DNA of 64,000 nt from an uncultured Nitrososphaerales archaeon (GCA_963695855.1 CAVOHZ010000008.1:64001-128000), one strand, 5' to 3'; positions 33,198 to 44,746 are shown, counted from the first letter of the stretch. Translations and numbers: made by a program. Notes: generated by a model not told the origin, from the letters alone.

Positions 33198-34297
33198 GTG
33201 AGAGCAGCCATTTTCGAGAAACAAGGATTTGAGAATCTCAAAATCAAAGGTGATGTGGAAAACCCTAAAGTTTTAGACTGTGATGTTTTAATTAAAGTTA
33301 TAGTAGCAGCAGTAAATCCTATTGATTATTATGTGATTTCTGGTTATAAAACAATACAACAACAAAAGGAAACAGACCAACTACGAAAACAAAAAGCTCC
33401 TCAAACAACAGAACTACCAGTAAATCCTCTTCCCCATATCCCAGGAGAGGAGTTTGTGGGAGTAGTTGAAAAGGTAGGATCTCATGTTAGAACAATAAAG
33501 AAAGGCGATAGAGTTGCTATCTATACCAGAGTTTTTGATAATACTTGTGATATGTGTATTAGTGGTAATGAAATGCTGTGTAGAAACGGTGGCATAATGA
33601 GTGTTCTTAATAATGGAGGTTTTTCTGATTATATTTCAGTTCCTGAAAGAAATGTATTTAAAATTCCTGATAATATTGATTGGTATTCAGCTGTAAGCTT
33701 GTCAGTATCAGGATTAACTGCATTTGATGCCTTGAATGAGTCACAATTAAAGATTAATGATTCATTACTCATTTTTGGTGCATCGGGAAATACAGGTATG
33801 ATGGCAGTACAATTAGGTAAGAGAATGGGATCTAGAGTTATTGCAGTTTCAACAAAAAAGTGGATTAAAGATGAATATGGTGCAGATTATCTAATTACAG
33901 ATTATGATAATGTAATAGATAAAGTTAAAGAGATAACTAATGGAATAATGACAGATGTTGTAATAAATTCTCTTGGCAGCGATACCTGGAAAGATAGTTT
34001 TTCTTCAATTGGAGTTAATGGCAGATGTATTTCTTTTGGTACATTGACTGGAAGTAATGTAGAATTAAACATACAGGAATTATATTCAAAGCAGTAAAAT
34101 TAATTGGATCTAATAGAGGAAATATAGAAGAATTTAGAGAATTGATAGAATTTATATCATATTCTAGTACAATTAATGATCCCTTAAAAATTAAAGTTTG
34201 GAAAAGATTTAACCTTGAAAATATAGAACAAGCCTTTGAGGCTCTTAATGAGAGGAAAAGAGAAGGAAGAGTGCTATTGGATATAAATAAAGAATAA
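33198..34297 (+). pseudogene. Zinc-binding alcohol dehydrogenase (MDR) family, frameshifted at ~34094
   Basis: VNPID, HIPGEEF.G, CDMC.SG.E.LC, GASGNTG; the shifted frame continues VKLIGSNRG...REGRVLLDINKE* to 34297. Confidence 0.8.
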
Positions 34298-34623
34298 TTA
34301 AGTTGGAAAAAAATACTTGATAATAAAAGTACAATAGATTATAAAATATAACAGTTATTGTTATTTTATATTCGATATAAAATAGAAATTTCTATAGACA
34401 TCTAATCTTAAATAGGAAGTAACATTTTGAATATTATTGGTTTTAGAGATGGTACATTAAGATATAATTAGCAATGATATATTCAAAAAGCTAATTATTA
34501 GAGTAATAAAATTATAATAAGTAGAACATTTATTTCCTTTTTTATTGTTTAACTTATATTATTGATACCACTTAAATTGATTAAATTTCAATAACTATTA
34601 AAAATATTTTAACTCCTTCTCGA

Positions 34624-34701
34624 GGGACCAAAAAATAGGTCAAATTTGTTTCACATCCCACTGGCCCCATAGTGATATTAGTTCTCTAATTGGATTCACT
34701 C
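34624..34701 (+). repeat. att junction 3 (arm A, followed by integrase stub)
   Basis: gggaccaaaaaataggtcaaatttgtttcacatcccactggcccca-tagtgatattagttctctaattggattcactc. Confidence 0.92.
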
Positions 34702-34731
34702 GAAACAAAAATAAGGTGAACCAAGAAAAAA

Positions 34732-34995
34732 ATGAAATTTGAACAAAGTTTTGAAGAATCTAGTGCTTATTCATTATTTCTGTTTGCAGTTAGAACACAG
34801 GTAACAAGAAACTATTACCTGAGAAGGTTAAGAATTTTTTTCAATTTTATTAACTTAGAACCAGATAAACCAATGGAAGAACGATGTAATTATCTTGCTA
34901 AAAAAGGAACAAAAGATCCTAATTGGGTTCTGAGCTGTATAATAAAATTCTTGCAATTTCAAAAAGAAAGGGTAGAAAAGGTGTCATCTCTCTAG
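34732..34995 (+). pseudogene. Truncated tyrosine integrase (type-1 N-terminus)
   Basis: Clearly homologous to the first ~83 aa of 43512 (EQS.EES.AYSLF..A.R.QVTR.YYLRRLRIFF...FLQFQK.RVEK), then breaks off. Confidence 0.88.
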
Positions 34996-36050
34996 AGGCA
35001 TTCATAATATCCATACGCATTATCATAATTACAATACTGAATGAATTACTCGAGGGACATGATTTCTCTTTTACGAAGTGCCTGAATTAGATTCCTACTA
35101 TTATAGGTAATTTTTGGCCAACTTTTATTAATCGAAAAAATAAAATATTATTTACCTCAATATATTAAGGTAAGTGACGAGTACTTAAAAATATATAAAA
35201 GTTATAGTAAACCGACATATATGCCTAATAGTAACCTTTTAGCAATCAATAATAAATATATTAATACCATTATTTTAGAAGTATGTTGTATAACACATAT
35301 TAATGATAATGTCATATTATTATTATGAGAATAACTCATCGTCCTAAGATAAAAAAGGATCAGAGCAAAGAAAGGCAAAAGCTAAATAGTACATCTGAAT
35401 CCTATAATAGGGCTAAGGCAATAATTGCTTCTGTCTATGGGTTAGATATTATAGAAGACGAACCTATAAGATCTAGATAGGACAACAAATTTTAACATTA
35501 GGATTTCTATGATTAATGGCATTTATTTCAATGGTATATGCGTTGTTAGTTTCAAAATAACCGACAAGTATGTGATTCAAGGGACAAAATGTCTTCTTCG
35601 GGGGTATCAGCATCAAGATATTAACAGGAACGATAATCTACAAAATTCGTCGCAGATAATGAGATGCATTTTTGAAATTCACTAAAAATTAGACAGATAT
35701 ATAAAATTTCGTTTTAATTTTTTTATGGTAAACTCTATCTCGATTGACCTATTGGCTATGACGTCTTATTTTTAATTAAATTATTGTTATTGTGAAGATC
35801 GGCAAAATCATAATATTATTACCGTATCTAGGATATATAATTCTTATAAGAAAAAAATCTCTTAAAATAAACTATAATAATAGTATTGAAAATATTATAA
35901 CTGATCGAGTACTGACCGGTTGATGGTCATTATTGGAGGAGTGAAAATCTAATTATAACCTATAAGTTAATAGCTTTCGGAAATAGAAATTGCTTATAGC
36001 TTACAATCTATAATATTTTGAGTCCATTTTTAGTACCAATATCAAAACGG

Positions 36051-36087
36051 AAACCACTGGCCCCATATAGTATAAGGGGACAGTTAA
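36051..36087 (+). repeat. att junction 4 (5'-truncated, arm B)
   Basis: aaaccactggcccca-tatagtataaggggacagttaa. Confidence 0.8.
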
Positions 36088-36387
36088 TATTCATAAAGAT
36101 AACTTCATAATTTCTAGATATTAATTTTAATATTCTATCTTCTTAATCAAGTATAATTGCTTACATGAGGATAATTTTGGGATAGGCTTTAAATCTAAAA
36201 TTTAGTTTTATCTATCCTAAAAATAGGGTAAAAAAATCCTGGCAGCCCGACGAGCCAGTAATTTTCTCGGGTATATCCACTTCACTTCTTCTTCTAGCTT
36301 TCCTTAGTCTCCTTTACCTTGTTATTATTGTAATTGCAAATATATTACCTTCAATTATACAAATAAATACATCATACAAACATAAAT

Positions 36388-37056
36388 ATGACTCTTCACT
36401 GGACAACATTATCTACGTTTATATACCTTAGTAACGTATATATAATTATGACAACAAAAGAAGAAATAAGAAGAACCGAAAATATAGCTGTAAATGAACC
36501 AGAATTTAATGAAAGAAATGCAACTAAATTTAATAAAGACCACAGTAATTTCAATGAAAGAACAAATAAAGACTACAATAACACCTTAAATCAACAACAA
36601 GATATAATAAACAAGACACTCGACAACACCTTACACAATATAAAGAGAGCTACTGATGAAGCTACACGAGAAATTCCAAAATACACACAACGTATTGCTG
36701 AATATCAAGAACAAACCATTCAGACTATAAAAGACATTGCCTCTGACTTTATTGAAGCAGAAAAAGAAGTAGTAAACTCTTTTCACTCACAACAAGTAGA
36801 TAAAAAAAGTGGTGTAAACTTCACCGGACTATGGGACTTGTATAATCCACAGAAAATTGTTGAAGGTCATGCAGTACTGGTGAATAACTTTACAAGTTAC
36901 CTGTTAAATACGAGTAGTCTCATAAACAATGCTCTAGCATCAAACATGAGGGTATACAATACAGCATTAGAACAAACACGCGACAATCTAAAGGATTTGG
37001 TAAGAACAAATACCAGTTACATAAAATCAGTAGGACAATCAGTCAATAGACAGTGA
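36388..37056 (+). CDS. Helical Q/N/T/E-rich protein, possibly phasin-like
   Basis: INKTLD.T..NIKRATDEA.REIPKYTQ....YQEQTIQ; amphipathic helical pattern; probable start MTTKEE ~36448. Confidence 0.55.
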   Translation: MTLHWTTLSTFIYLSNVYIIMTTKEEIRRTENIAVNEPEFNERNATKFNKDHSNFNERTNKDYNNTLNQQQDIINKTLDNTLHNIKRATDEATREIPKYTQRIAEYQEQTIQTIKDIASDFIEAEKEVVNSFHSQQVDKKSGVNFTGLWDLYNPQKIVEGHAVLVNNFTSYLLNTSSLINNALASNMRVYNTALEQTRDNLKDLVRTNTSYIKSVGQSVNRQ

Positions 37057-37078
37057 TTTACCAGTAACTAAAAATCGA

Positions 37079-37100
37079 CTAGGTTAAATATTTAACCTAG
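37079..37100. other. Perfect 22-bp palindrome between convergent genes (possible terminator or binding site)
   Basis: ctaggttaaatatttaacctag equals its own reverse complement. Confidence 0.6.
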
Positions 37101-37253
37101 CCTAATAATCTTTGGTATTTTTTTAAATTATACCTTTATTAATATTTATTTTATTTTCTAAACAAATTAACAAGTATTATTTTACTAAGAAGAACTATGA
37201 AAATCGAATAATTATATGCTATTATTTGTTATTACCATTACTATTTTCTTTTT

Positions 37254-37580
37254 TCAAAATCTATTCACACTAATATAATACATCATTATCTCTTTTTGTC
37301 GAAACCTCTCTTTTAACTTCTCTTTGTATCCACTTAAAAGATTGTTATTTTCTTTTCGATCTTCACATATAACATGGTATATAGTATTTTCATCATTATA
37401 CAAAATGTCTGAATCTGGATCCTTCCAACTTCCAAGTATAGTATGTTCATCAGCAGAACATCCGCCAAACATTTCAACTAATTCATTAAAAGTGTCAACA
37501 AATTTTGATTTTTCTACTGGTTGTTTATTGTTATAATATAACGGTAAATAAATATCTACTCTGATTGAGGCTGATGACAA
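37254..37580 (-). CDS. Small protein, DUF3574/SAM-lyase-like PII-type fold
   Basis: LPL.YN...V...F......L...FGG.S......G.W......Y.D.....LKERF.Q.EI pattern. Confidence 0.5.
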   Translation of the reverse strand: MSSASIRVDIYLPLYYNNKQPVEKSKFVDTFNELVEMFGGCSADEHTILGSWKDPDSDILYNDENTIYHVICEDRKENNNLLSGYKEKLKERFRQKEIMMYYISVNRF

Positions 37581-37593
37581 CTTACATTGAATT

Positions 37594-37788
37594 TTATGGA
37601 TTCTTTTGAATTGTATAATTTATACCCATAGTATCTAAAATTTTACTGTAGTTCCTATTTATAGTATATTTATGTTGTCCTGTACTCTTTATAGGAATTT
37701 TTTTTGACAATAATATATAGAATCCTTCTACTTCTTCCTCTCTGGAATTGAAGGATATTGTTAATAAGCTAGATTCTAGATTCTGCAT
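37594..37788 (-). CDS. Small hypothetical protein, 13 bp upstream of 37254-37580
   Basis: 64-aa ORF, same strand, operon-like spacing. Confidence 0.55.
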   Translation of the reverse strand: MQNLESSLLTISFNSREEEVEGFYILLSKKIPIKSTGQHKYTINRNYSKILDTMGINYTIQKNP

Positions 37789-37872
37789 ATCACTATTACT
37801 ATTCGTATTGGTAAGGACTGAATATATGTTTTTATCTCAAATCTATGTCTAAACGATGTTTAAAGTATTGAA

Positions 37873-38018
37873 TGGTCTCACTTTATGGAGGGCTTCAAAT
37901 CCCACTGATTTGACTACGAAGGCATATGGACCCATTTTTATAATGAAATATGGAATATATAATGCTAATTAAAAATACATTTTTTAGGTCAAATTTGTTT
38001 CACAAACCACTGGCCCCA
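37873..38018 (+). repeat. att junction 5 (composite double site; same type as 62687-62851)
   Basis: tggtctcactttatggagggcttcaaatcccactgatttgactacgaag...taggtcaaatttgtttcacaaaccactggcccca. Confidence 0.88.
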
Positions 38019-38164
38019 TTGAACTCTGGGTTCCAATCCTATCTTTATCAGAATTCATAAAGCAATAATTATATAAACTAGGAATTAATCTTTACTTTTT
38101 TTATCATTTATTTTGCTTTGTTGCCTAACTCGTTCTTCCTAACACATTTAGCTAACCTATTTTA

Positions 38165-38312
38165 GTCATATTATGTTACCTGGAAGAAATACAATGAATC
38201 TCTAGTGAGAAGAGGAGAAATATTATTTGATTTTGATGTTATTGATAACTGGAATACTGAACTAGATGTGATGAACAAGGACAAGAAAGGTAGAAAATTC
38301 GTATATCCAGAT
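38165..38312 (+). mobile_element. IS5-family (IS903-like) transposase N-terminal remnant
   Basis: VTWKKYNESLVRRGEILFDFDVIDNW..EL..MN..K.GR.F.YPD. Confidence 0.75.
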
Positions 38313-38402
38313 TTGGAAATTTATCGAAAAATTATTATTTGAAATAGAATAAGAATCCAAATGTCTAATTTCTTAACTATTATCATATCCTTTTTCTAAG
38401 AA

Positions 38403-40361
38403 TTATTTTTCTGCATGTTCTGTCAGAGTTTTTAATCTTGTTATATCTCTTTTGAAGAATAGGTCTAAAAACCAGTCAAACATAACTCTCAATTTTTTTT
38501 CAGTAGTTGGAAGATTTCCCCAATAATATAGCCTCCAGAATATCCACCCAATAAAACCTTGAATTTTATATCCAAATACTAAGCCTACACCATTTCTTTT
38601 TCCTATAAGCGCCATCATACCTTTAGTTCTGTAATTAAGAACTAATTCTTCTTTCTTATTGCATTTCTTTGAATATATTTCATTGATTATATTGTTAGAT
38701 GCTATTCTTGCTTCCCTTAATGCATGTTGAGCTGTAGGTGGATATGGTTGTCCAGTATTAGGATCTATTATAAAAGCACAATCTCCTAATGCAAAAATAT
38801 TAGTATATCCATTTATTTTCAGGTTTTCATTAGTAATTATTTTTCCTGATTTATTATGTTCGCAATTTAGAGTCCTTATAATGTTACTCGGTTTAACACC
38901 CCCAGCCCAAACTACTGTATAACTCCATATTTTTTCTTCATTTAATTTCACATAATTCTCACCTATTTCTTTGACTCTTGTATTTAAGATAATTTGAACT
39001 CCATTTTTTTCTAGTTTGTTTAAGGCAAATTCTGATAAATCATTTGAAACTTCTGGTAAAATTCGCGAACCTGAATTTATCAAGATTATTTTAATACATT
39101 TTAGATCAATGTTGTGATAATACTGTTTTACAGAATCACGAACAAAATCATTTAATTCTCCAACAGTTTCTATACCCGAAAAACCGCCTCCTACCACTAC
39201 CAATGTCATTAAATTTTTTTGTAATTCTATATTTCCATATTCCATATCAGCTTGCTCCAGCATATTTATAACATGATCTCTCAATAACAATGCATCACCA
39301 ATAGTCTTTATGGTGAACGCATTTTTAGATTCTCTTTCTAAGTCAAAAAAATTGGTCTCTCCTCCAAGCGCTAAAACTAGATAATCATATTTTAGAACTT
39401 TGATTTTATCATTTAATATATTGGAATATTTCCCTATTTTATATCTTAAAGATACTTCCTTTGCTTCAAGATTTATAGAATCAATATTTGCTTCATAAAA
39501 TCTAGCTCTTTTACAAAATGATCTGATGGGTGTAATTATATGTCTTGTTTCTATTGCACTTGCGGCTACTTCTGGGAGCATAGGAGTAAAGAGAAAAAAA
39601 TTATCTCTACTTACAATGGTTATATCTACATCAATGTTATCTTGAAATTCTTTTTGTAACTGTTGTAACACTTCTATTCCTGCAAATCCGCCACCCAGAA
39701 TCACAATCTTTTTTAGTGTTATTGGTTTGGTGCCATGTATTAGTTCAATATGTTTTTGATATGAATCAATTCTACCGAAAGATATATGGCATTTTGCACA
39801 CCTATATCGAGTACCAAATTTTGTAGAAAGGCTAGAGGAAACAAGACCTACAGTAATACCAAAAATGAGGTGGGTAATTAGTGAACTTATGAAAACAGTT
39901 GACAATCGTGATGAAAGTTCATATTCGATTAATTCTTGTTCATTCTGAGTCAATTTATATATTGTATTTATTGTTTCGGGTGCAATAACAAATTGATATA
40001 CTGGTATAAAGAAAATTATGAATACTACGATACCCGCAAAAATTCCATATATAATTCCATTGGATGGTTTACTAATATTTAATATTCCAGTTTTATATAA
40101 GAAGATGCCTATAACCACCCCGATTGAAATAGCAGTCACCATGTGTATTCCTATTCCTGCTATAATTACAGCATCTGAAGAATACACTCCAATAACATGT
40201 CCAAATACTATCCATGATAAGTAATAAGGCATTCCCATAACCACTTCAAAAATTGTTTTTGGAATAACAAATACAATTGCACCTACAATAGCTCCAACTA
40301 TTACAAAAAATATTTCTCTCTTTAGAGAAAAATCTATTTTTACTTTATTGTGATTGTTCAT
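38403..40361 (-). CDS. NDH-2-like NAD(P)/FAD oxidoreductase with N-terminal membrane domain and C2H2 zinc finger
   Basis: Several TM helices; CAKC-x12-HIELIH; ILGGGFAG, FTPMLPEVA, VVGGGFSGIE, FALGDCA, PPTAQHA, WRLYY..LP. Confidence 0.88.
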   Translation of the reverse strand: MNNHNKVKIDFSLKREIFFVIVGAIVGAIVFVIPKTIFEVVMGMPYYLSWIVFGHVIGVYSSDAVIIAGIGIHMVTAISIGVVIGIFLYKTGILNISKPSNGIIYGIFAGIVVFIIFFIPVYQFVIAPETINTIYKLTQNEQELIEYELSSRLSTVFISSLITHLIFGITVGLVSSSLSTKFGTRYRCAKCHISFGRIDSYQKHIELIHGTKPITLKKIVILGGGFAGIEVLQQLQKEFQDNIDVDITIVSRDNFFLFTPMLPEVAASAIETRHIITPIRSFCKRARFYEANIDSINLEAKEVSLRYKIGKYSNILNDKIKVLKYDYLVLALGGETNFFDLERESKNAFTIKTIGDALLLRDHVINMLEQADMEYGNIELQKNLMTLVVVGGGFSGIETVGELNDFVRDSVKQYYHNIDLKCIKIILINSGSRILPEVSNDLSEFALNKLEKNGVQIILNTRVKEIGENYVKLNEEKIWSYTVVWAGGVKPSNIIRTLNCEHNKSGKIITNENLKINGYTNIFALGDCAFIIDPNTGQPYPPTAQHALREARIASNNIINEIYSKKCNKKEELVLNYRTKGMMALIGKRNGVGLVFGYKIQGFIGWIFWRLYYWGNLPTTEKKLRVMFDWFLDLFFKRDITRLKTLTEHAEK

Positions 40362-40686
40362 TATTATGGTTTATTGTAGTTGCTCATTATAAAATATCAC
40401 ACGCTCTACAAATCGTTTATTAATTTCCACGAAAATGTCTTTATATTTGAATGCAAGAATTACTAAGAAACATCTGATTGTTATTTATGTTTCTAGTTAA
40501 ACTATTCATTAGATATAATCTCTCCTGACAAAGGAATATTGGTAGTATATAGATAAAATAAAAATATGATTTGTAAATGAGAATGACTGTTGTTGTAGAA
40601 AAATTGAGGATGATATTTGTTATGTATTATCTTTTGCACATAATAAGTATCAGTTATTGTTTTTGCTGTTTCTGTTCTTATCATAT

Positions 40687-41334
40687 TCATACATTTGGTT
40701 TAGGTAGTACCAATATTTGACCAGCCATATTAGGCAAGTGCACATGGCAGACGTAATTTATGATTCCGGGATTGTTTGCTACGAATGAAACAGTATTGAT
40801 TTGTCCTCTCTTAAGTTCAAAGGTTCCTATTCCATCTACAGTAATTACATGATGTGCTCCTTGTACTCCTATAAAATGAAGAGTGACTTTATCGCCTTGG
40901 TTAACAACTATTTGATCTGGAGTGAATGTAAATGATCTAAAGTCCCAAGCTCCTGCTTTATTTGGTTCTGTTATCTTGAATCCTCCTCCAGTTGGTATAG
41001 TCGAATTTACAGGAGGCTGCTCTGCTGGATGTAGTGGAGTATTCTGGGGACAAGTATCACATTTTACGGCAGCGTTTATGTTTGTCATTCCATCAAAATG
41101 TACTGTATTTATCCAGAATTCTTTGTTGGTTGTTTGATTTGGAACTACTGTCTTGAATGTAGTAACATTTGATGCCGATGGCATAGTAGTTGTCTTAGAG
41201 GGATAATTTTCTGCGAATGTCTTCTGCAGTGTTTGCCCGCTAATTTCAGTTAATACAGCGGTTGTTGATATAACAGCCATGAAGGTCATTGCTATCAGCC
41301 ACATTTGTTGTGAGCTGATTTTTTTCTTATTCAT
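40687..41334 (-). CDS. Exported cupredoxin (type-1 blue copper) protein
   Basis: F.PDQIVVNQGDKVTLHF, His in GAHH, C-terminal YVCHVHLPNMAGQI. Confidence 0.85.
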   Translation of the reverse strand: MNKKKISSQQMWLIAMTFMAVISTTAVLTEISGQTLQKTFAENYPSKTTTMPSASNVTTFKTVVPNQTTNKEFWINTVHFDGMTNINAAVKCDTCPQNTPLHPAEQPPVNSTIPTGGGFKITEPNKAGAWDFRSFTFTPDQIVVNQGDKVTLHFIGVQGAHHVITVDGIGTFELKRGQINTVSFVANNPGIINYVCHVHLPNMAGQILVLPKPNV

Positions 41335-41370
41335 GTCTAGAATATTAGTTATATTTATTTTATTTAAGCA

Positions 41371-41808
41371 TTGGTTAACGTCGTTAACATTAAAATGATA
41401 AAATATAATGAATCCAATACGTTTTATAAAATGAAAACAAAACTAAATTCAGTAGATGATCAAATTCCAGAGAAAAGAAAAATTACAATAAATGTTCCAG
41501 TATATGATGCTAAAGATATTGAGGACATGAATGTGGTAGCGATGATAAAAGGTGAGTATCAGATAAAAACAATTGATGTACAGGATGAATTAAAGAACAA
41601 AGAAAGCGGCAACAAGGATGGAAGAATTTTAGTACCGTTTATATTTGATAGACAGACAGAAGCCGGACCAATACAACCAGGAGACATGTTCTTTGGATGT
41701 GCAAGCTCTGATGAATTTCCTAACCAAAATTCAGATTGTGAAAAAAGAATCCTGAAAAATCTAAATGGATTTAATGCAATATGCGCAAGAAAGGACAATA
41801 GTTGTTGA
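41371..41808 (+). CDS. Hypothetical Cys-containing protein (possibly an N-truncated exported protein)
   Basis: 145-aa ORF, GDMFFGC...DCEKR...C.....C. Confidence 0.5.
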   Translation: MVNVVNIKMIKYNESNTFYKMKTKLNSVDDQIPEKRKITINVPVYDAKDIEDMNVVAMIKGEYQIKTIDVQDELKNKESGNKDGRILVPFIFDRQTEAGPIQPGDMFFGCASSDEFPNQNSDCEKRILKNLNGFNAICARKDNSC

Positions 41809-42177
41809 ATTTCTTTTCTTTATAGAAATAGATATACCATAACAATATCCATCCATCTGTTTCAAGTATTATCCAAAATCATAATCGAATTGGTATATAT
41901 ATAATCAATAATACTAACTGTACAGTTGAAGGAACAATGTAGTAGAGAACTGTTGGAGACAGGGTAAATGTAATACACTTTCTTATTATTGAGCTATGCA
42001 TGATCACCTTAAAAATACAATTTATATAATATTATAAAATCAAAAAGTTTAACCTAAATATCACAAACTATCTCAAGTCTATGAGGCTAATGTTTGTTAC
42101 TATACTTAGTCTAATAGTCAATCAAATCAAAAATAACAAATATCTTAAAAAGATAGAATCATTATATATATTTATAA

Positions 42178-42768
42178 TTGAATTTAAAAATAATACCAAA
42201 TTTCTACAGTGAAAACTATGTTTTTACTATAATAATACCGATTCTAATTGTGATAGCTAGTGTATCCATTCCTAGTATTTTTAATACTTTATCAGTAGAT
42301 GGTCAAACCTCTTCTTTGTCGAGTTTTGATATTTCCCAATGTGATCAAGTAATAAATGCTACTTCTTCAAGAGGGATGACACATGGAAGTATAACTAACG
42401 ACTGTATAAACGGAACGAATGGTAATGACATTTTGTTTGGAGGATTGGGTTATGATATATTAAACGGAAACGAAGGGGATGATGAACTAATAGGCGATTC
42501 TGGAAACGATAAATTGTATGGGGGAGCAGGAGATGATGATTTAGTTGGTAATTCAGGAGATGATCTACTTGACGGTGGAGATGGAAATGATATACTTAAA
42601 GGAAATAAAGGTGATGATAAATTGATAGGAGGAAATGGTGATGATACCTTGATAGGTAATTCAGGTGCTGATTTTTATATATGTGGACCAGGAAATGATA
42701 TAGCAGTACAGTTTAACACTTTGGAAGGAGATAAAAAAACAGTAGATTGTGAAACAGTAACAAGATGA
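42178..42768 (+). CDS. Hemolysin-type (RTX) calcium-binding repeat protein
   Basis: About ten GxxGxDxL nonapeptides, CGPGND...VDCE tail, N-terminal TM/signal. Confidence 0.88.
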   Translation: MNLKIIPNFYSENYVFTIIIPILIVIASVSIPSIFNTLSVDGQTSSLSSFDISQCDQVINATSSRGMTHGSITNDCINGTNGNDILFGGLGYDILNGNEGDDELIGDSGNDKLYGGAGDDDLVGNSGDDLLDGGDGNDILKGNKGDDKLIGGNGDDTLIGNSGADFYICGPGNDIAVQFNTLEGDKKTVDCETVTR

Positions 42769-43173
42769 AAGTTATGATATGAGTGAGTTTGATGTTTCCT
42801 TCAATTTGATACTTTGTCATTGGTTTCAAGAAAAACAAAAAGTTATTAGTTCTAGCTAAGATTGATATTAATACCTACCTCAATTGACATTTAGGTTTAT
42901 AATACTTGACTCAGATGTTTGTTCATATGTTTATCTCTGTGTTAAGTTACCAAGGATTCTACAAGTTATGGAAGAGAAAGGAAAGAATTGACAAAATTAT
43001 TTATATTGCTAAAATAATAAAATTAGAAATGAATAGAATCTCTGATTGCATCAAAGGTTCTAGTTTCATTGTTCTATTATCTTTCCTTGTTCTAATATTT
43101 TACCTTGGTAAATGATGGAAAAAGAAATCTTCACAACTCGTTTTAAGTCTTCTAAATAATCACTTCTACAGAT

Positions 43174-43300
43174 AGGATCTCCTGGATCTCGTATATGCAT
43201 TTCACAGTACTCCAAAGTCTGGAGTTATGGTACATAGTAAAGATAATCTGTATGTGCCTGATACATATAATCAACGTACACAACAATTTAAGTTATCACA
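43174..43300 (+). pseudogene. NHL-repeat remnant
   Basis: GVMVHSKDNLYVPDTYNQRTQQF resembles the NHL consensus GIAVD..GN.YVAD..N.RIQ.F. Confidence 0.45.
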
Positions 43301-43399
43301 ACATTGGCAATTCAAAATCTGAAAATGATATTGAATGAGTTAGAATAATAGCTAAAATGATATTTATAAAAACAAATTAATTTAATAAAATTTTATTGT

Positions 43400-43478
43400 G
43401 GGTCCAAAATAAAGGACATATTTGTTTCACATCCCACTGGCCCCATTGTGATATTAGTTCTCTAATTGGATTCACTCA
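43400..43478 (+). repeat. att junction 6 (arm A, followed by full-length integrase)
   Basis: gggtccaaaataaaggacatatttgtttcacatcccactggcccca-ttgtgatattagttctctaattggattcactca. Confidence 0.92.
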
Positions 43479-43511
43479 TAAAAATAAAAAAATAGGCGAA
43501 TCAAAAAATAA

Positions 43512-44746
43512 ATGAAAATAACAGAACAAAGTTTAGAAGAATCTAATGCATATTCCTTATTTGTATATGCAATTAGATCACAAGTTACAAGAGATTACTA
43601 TCTTAGAAGATTGAGAATTTTCTTTAATTATATTAATTTAGAACTTGATAAAACAATTGAAGAAAGATGTAACTGTTTTGCAGATAAGGGAACCAATGAT
43701 CCTACTTGGGCATTTAATTCCATCTTAAGATTTTTACAATTCCAAAAAGATCGAGTAGAAAAAGAAGAGATAACAGGAGCGACATTAAGAAATTTCATAA
43801 AAGCAATCAAATTATTTTGCGAAATGTCTGATATTCCCATTCCTTGGAAGAAAATTACAAGAGGACTGCCAAAAATCAGAAGATATGCAGATGATAGAGT
43901 ACCAACGATAGAAGAGATACAACAACTTTGTGAATATCCTGACCGACGAATCAAAGGAATTGTGTATACAATGGCATCTTCAGGAATAAGATTAGGAGCA
44001 TGGGATTATCTACTCTGGAAAGATATTCAACCAATAAACGTCAGGGCAAGATAGTAGCAGCAAAAATTATTGTTTATGCTGGAGACGATAAAGAATATTT
44101 TTCATTTATTACTCCAGAAGCATACTATGAACTCCAAAAATGGATGCAGTATAGGCAAGACAGTGGTGAGGAAATTCATGAAAATAGTTGGGTAATGAGA
44201 CAGTTATGGGATACAAAAAAAGGTTATTATCATCATGGAACTATAAAAAATCCAGAAAAACTCAAATCTTCAGGCCTTAAGCGATTGATGGAAGATGATC
44301 TATGGACGCAAGGTATTAGAAAAAAATCTAACTTAAAAAGAAATAGATATGAATTTGAATCAGACCATGGATTTAGAAAATGGTTTAAAACTAGATGCGA
44401 AATCTCTGGAATGAAAAGCATTAACATAGAGATTTTGATGGGTCATTCAATAGGAATTTCTGATTCCTATTATAAAATAACACAAGATGAACTATTAATG
44501 GAATATTTGAAAGCATCAGATTATTTGATGATAAGCAATGAAAATCAAATACAAAAACAATATAACAAGATACAAATACAAAATCAAAATGACTTTAAAT
44601 TTATAGAAGGCAAATTATTTGAAAAAGAGAACGAAATAGAAGTATTAAATCGTAATGACCAAAATAAATCTGATGCTATTGCAGCATTAGCAGATAAAAT
44701 TGATGAATTGGTATTAGAAATTGAACGATTAAAAAGAAGTCGATAA
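43512..44746 (+). CDS. Tyrosine recombinase/integrase (~411 aa), split by a 1-nt deletion at ~44037
   Basis: SSGIRLGA (Arg), HGFRK (HxxR), LMGHS.G...SYY (His/Tyr), C-terminal coiled coil; the two ORFs join if one A is added to ataaacgt. Confidence 0.92.

Noticed and set aside
35325-35480. 51-aa ORF MRITHRPK...
   Set aside because: Plausible small gene, but no motif or coupling evidence to support a call
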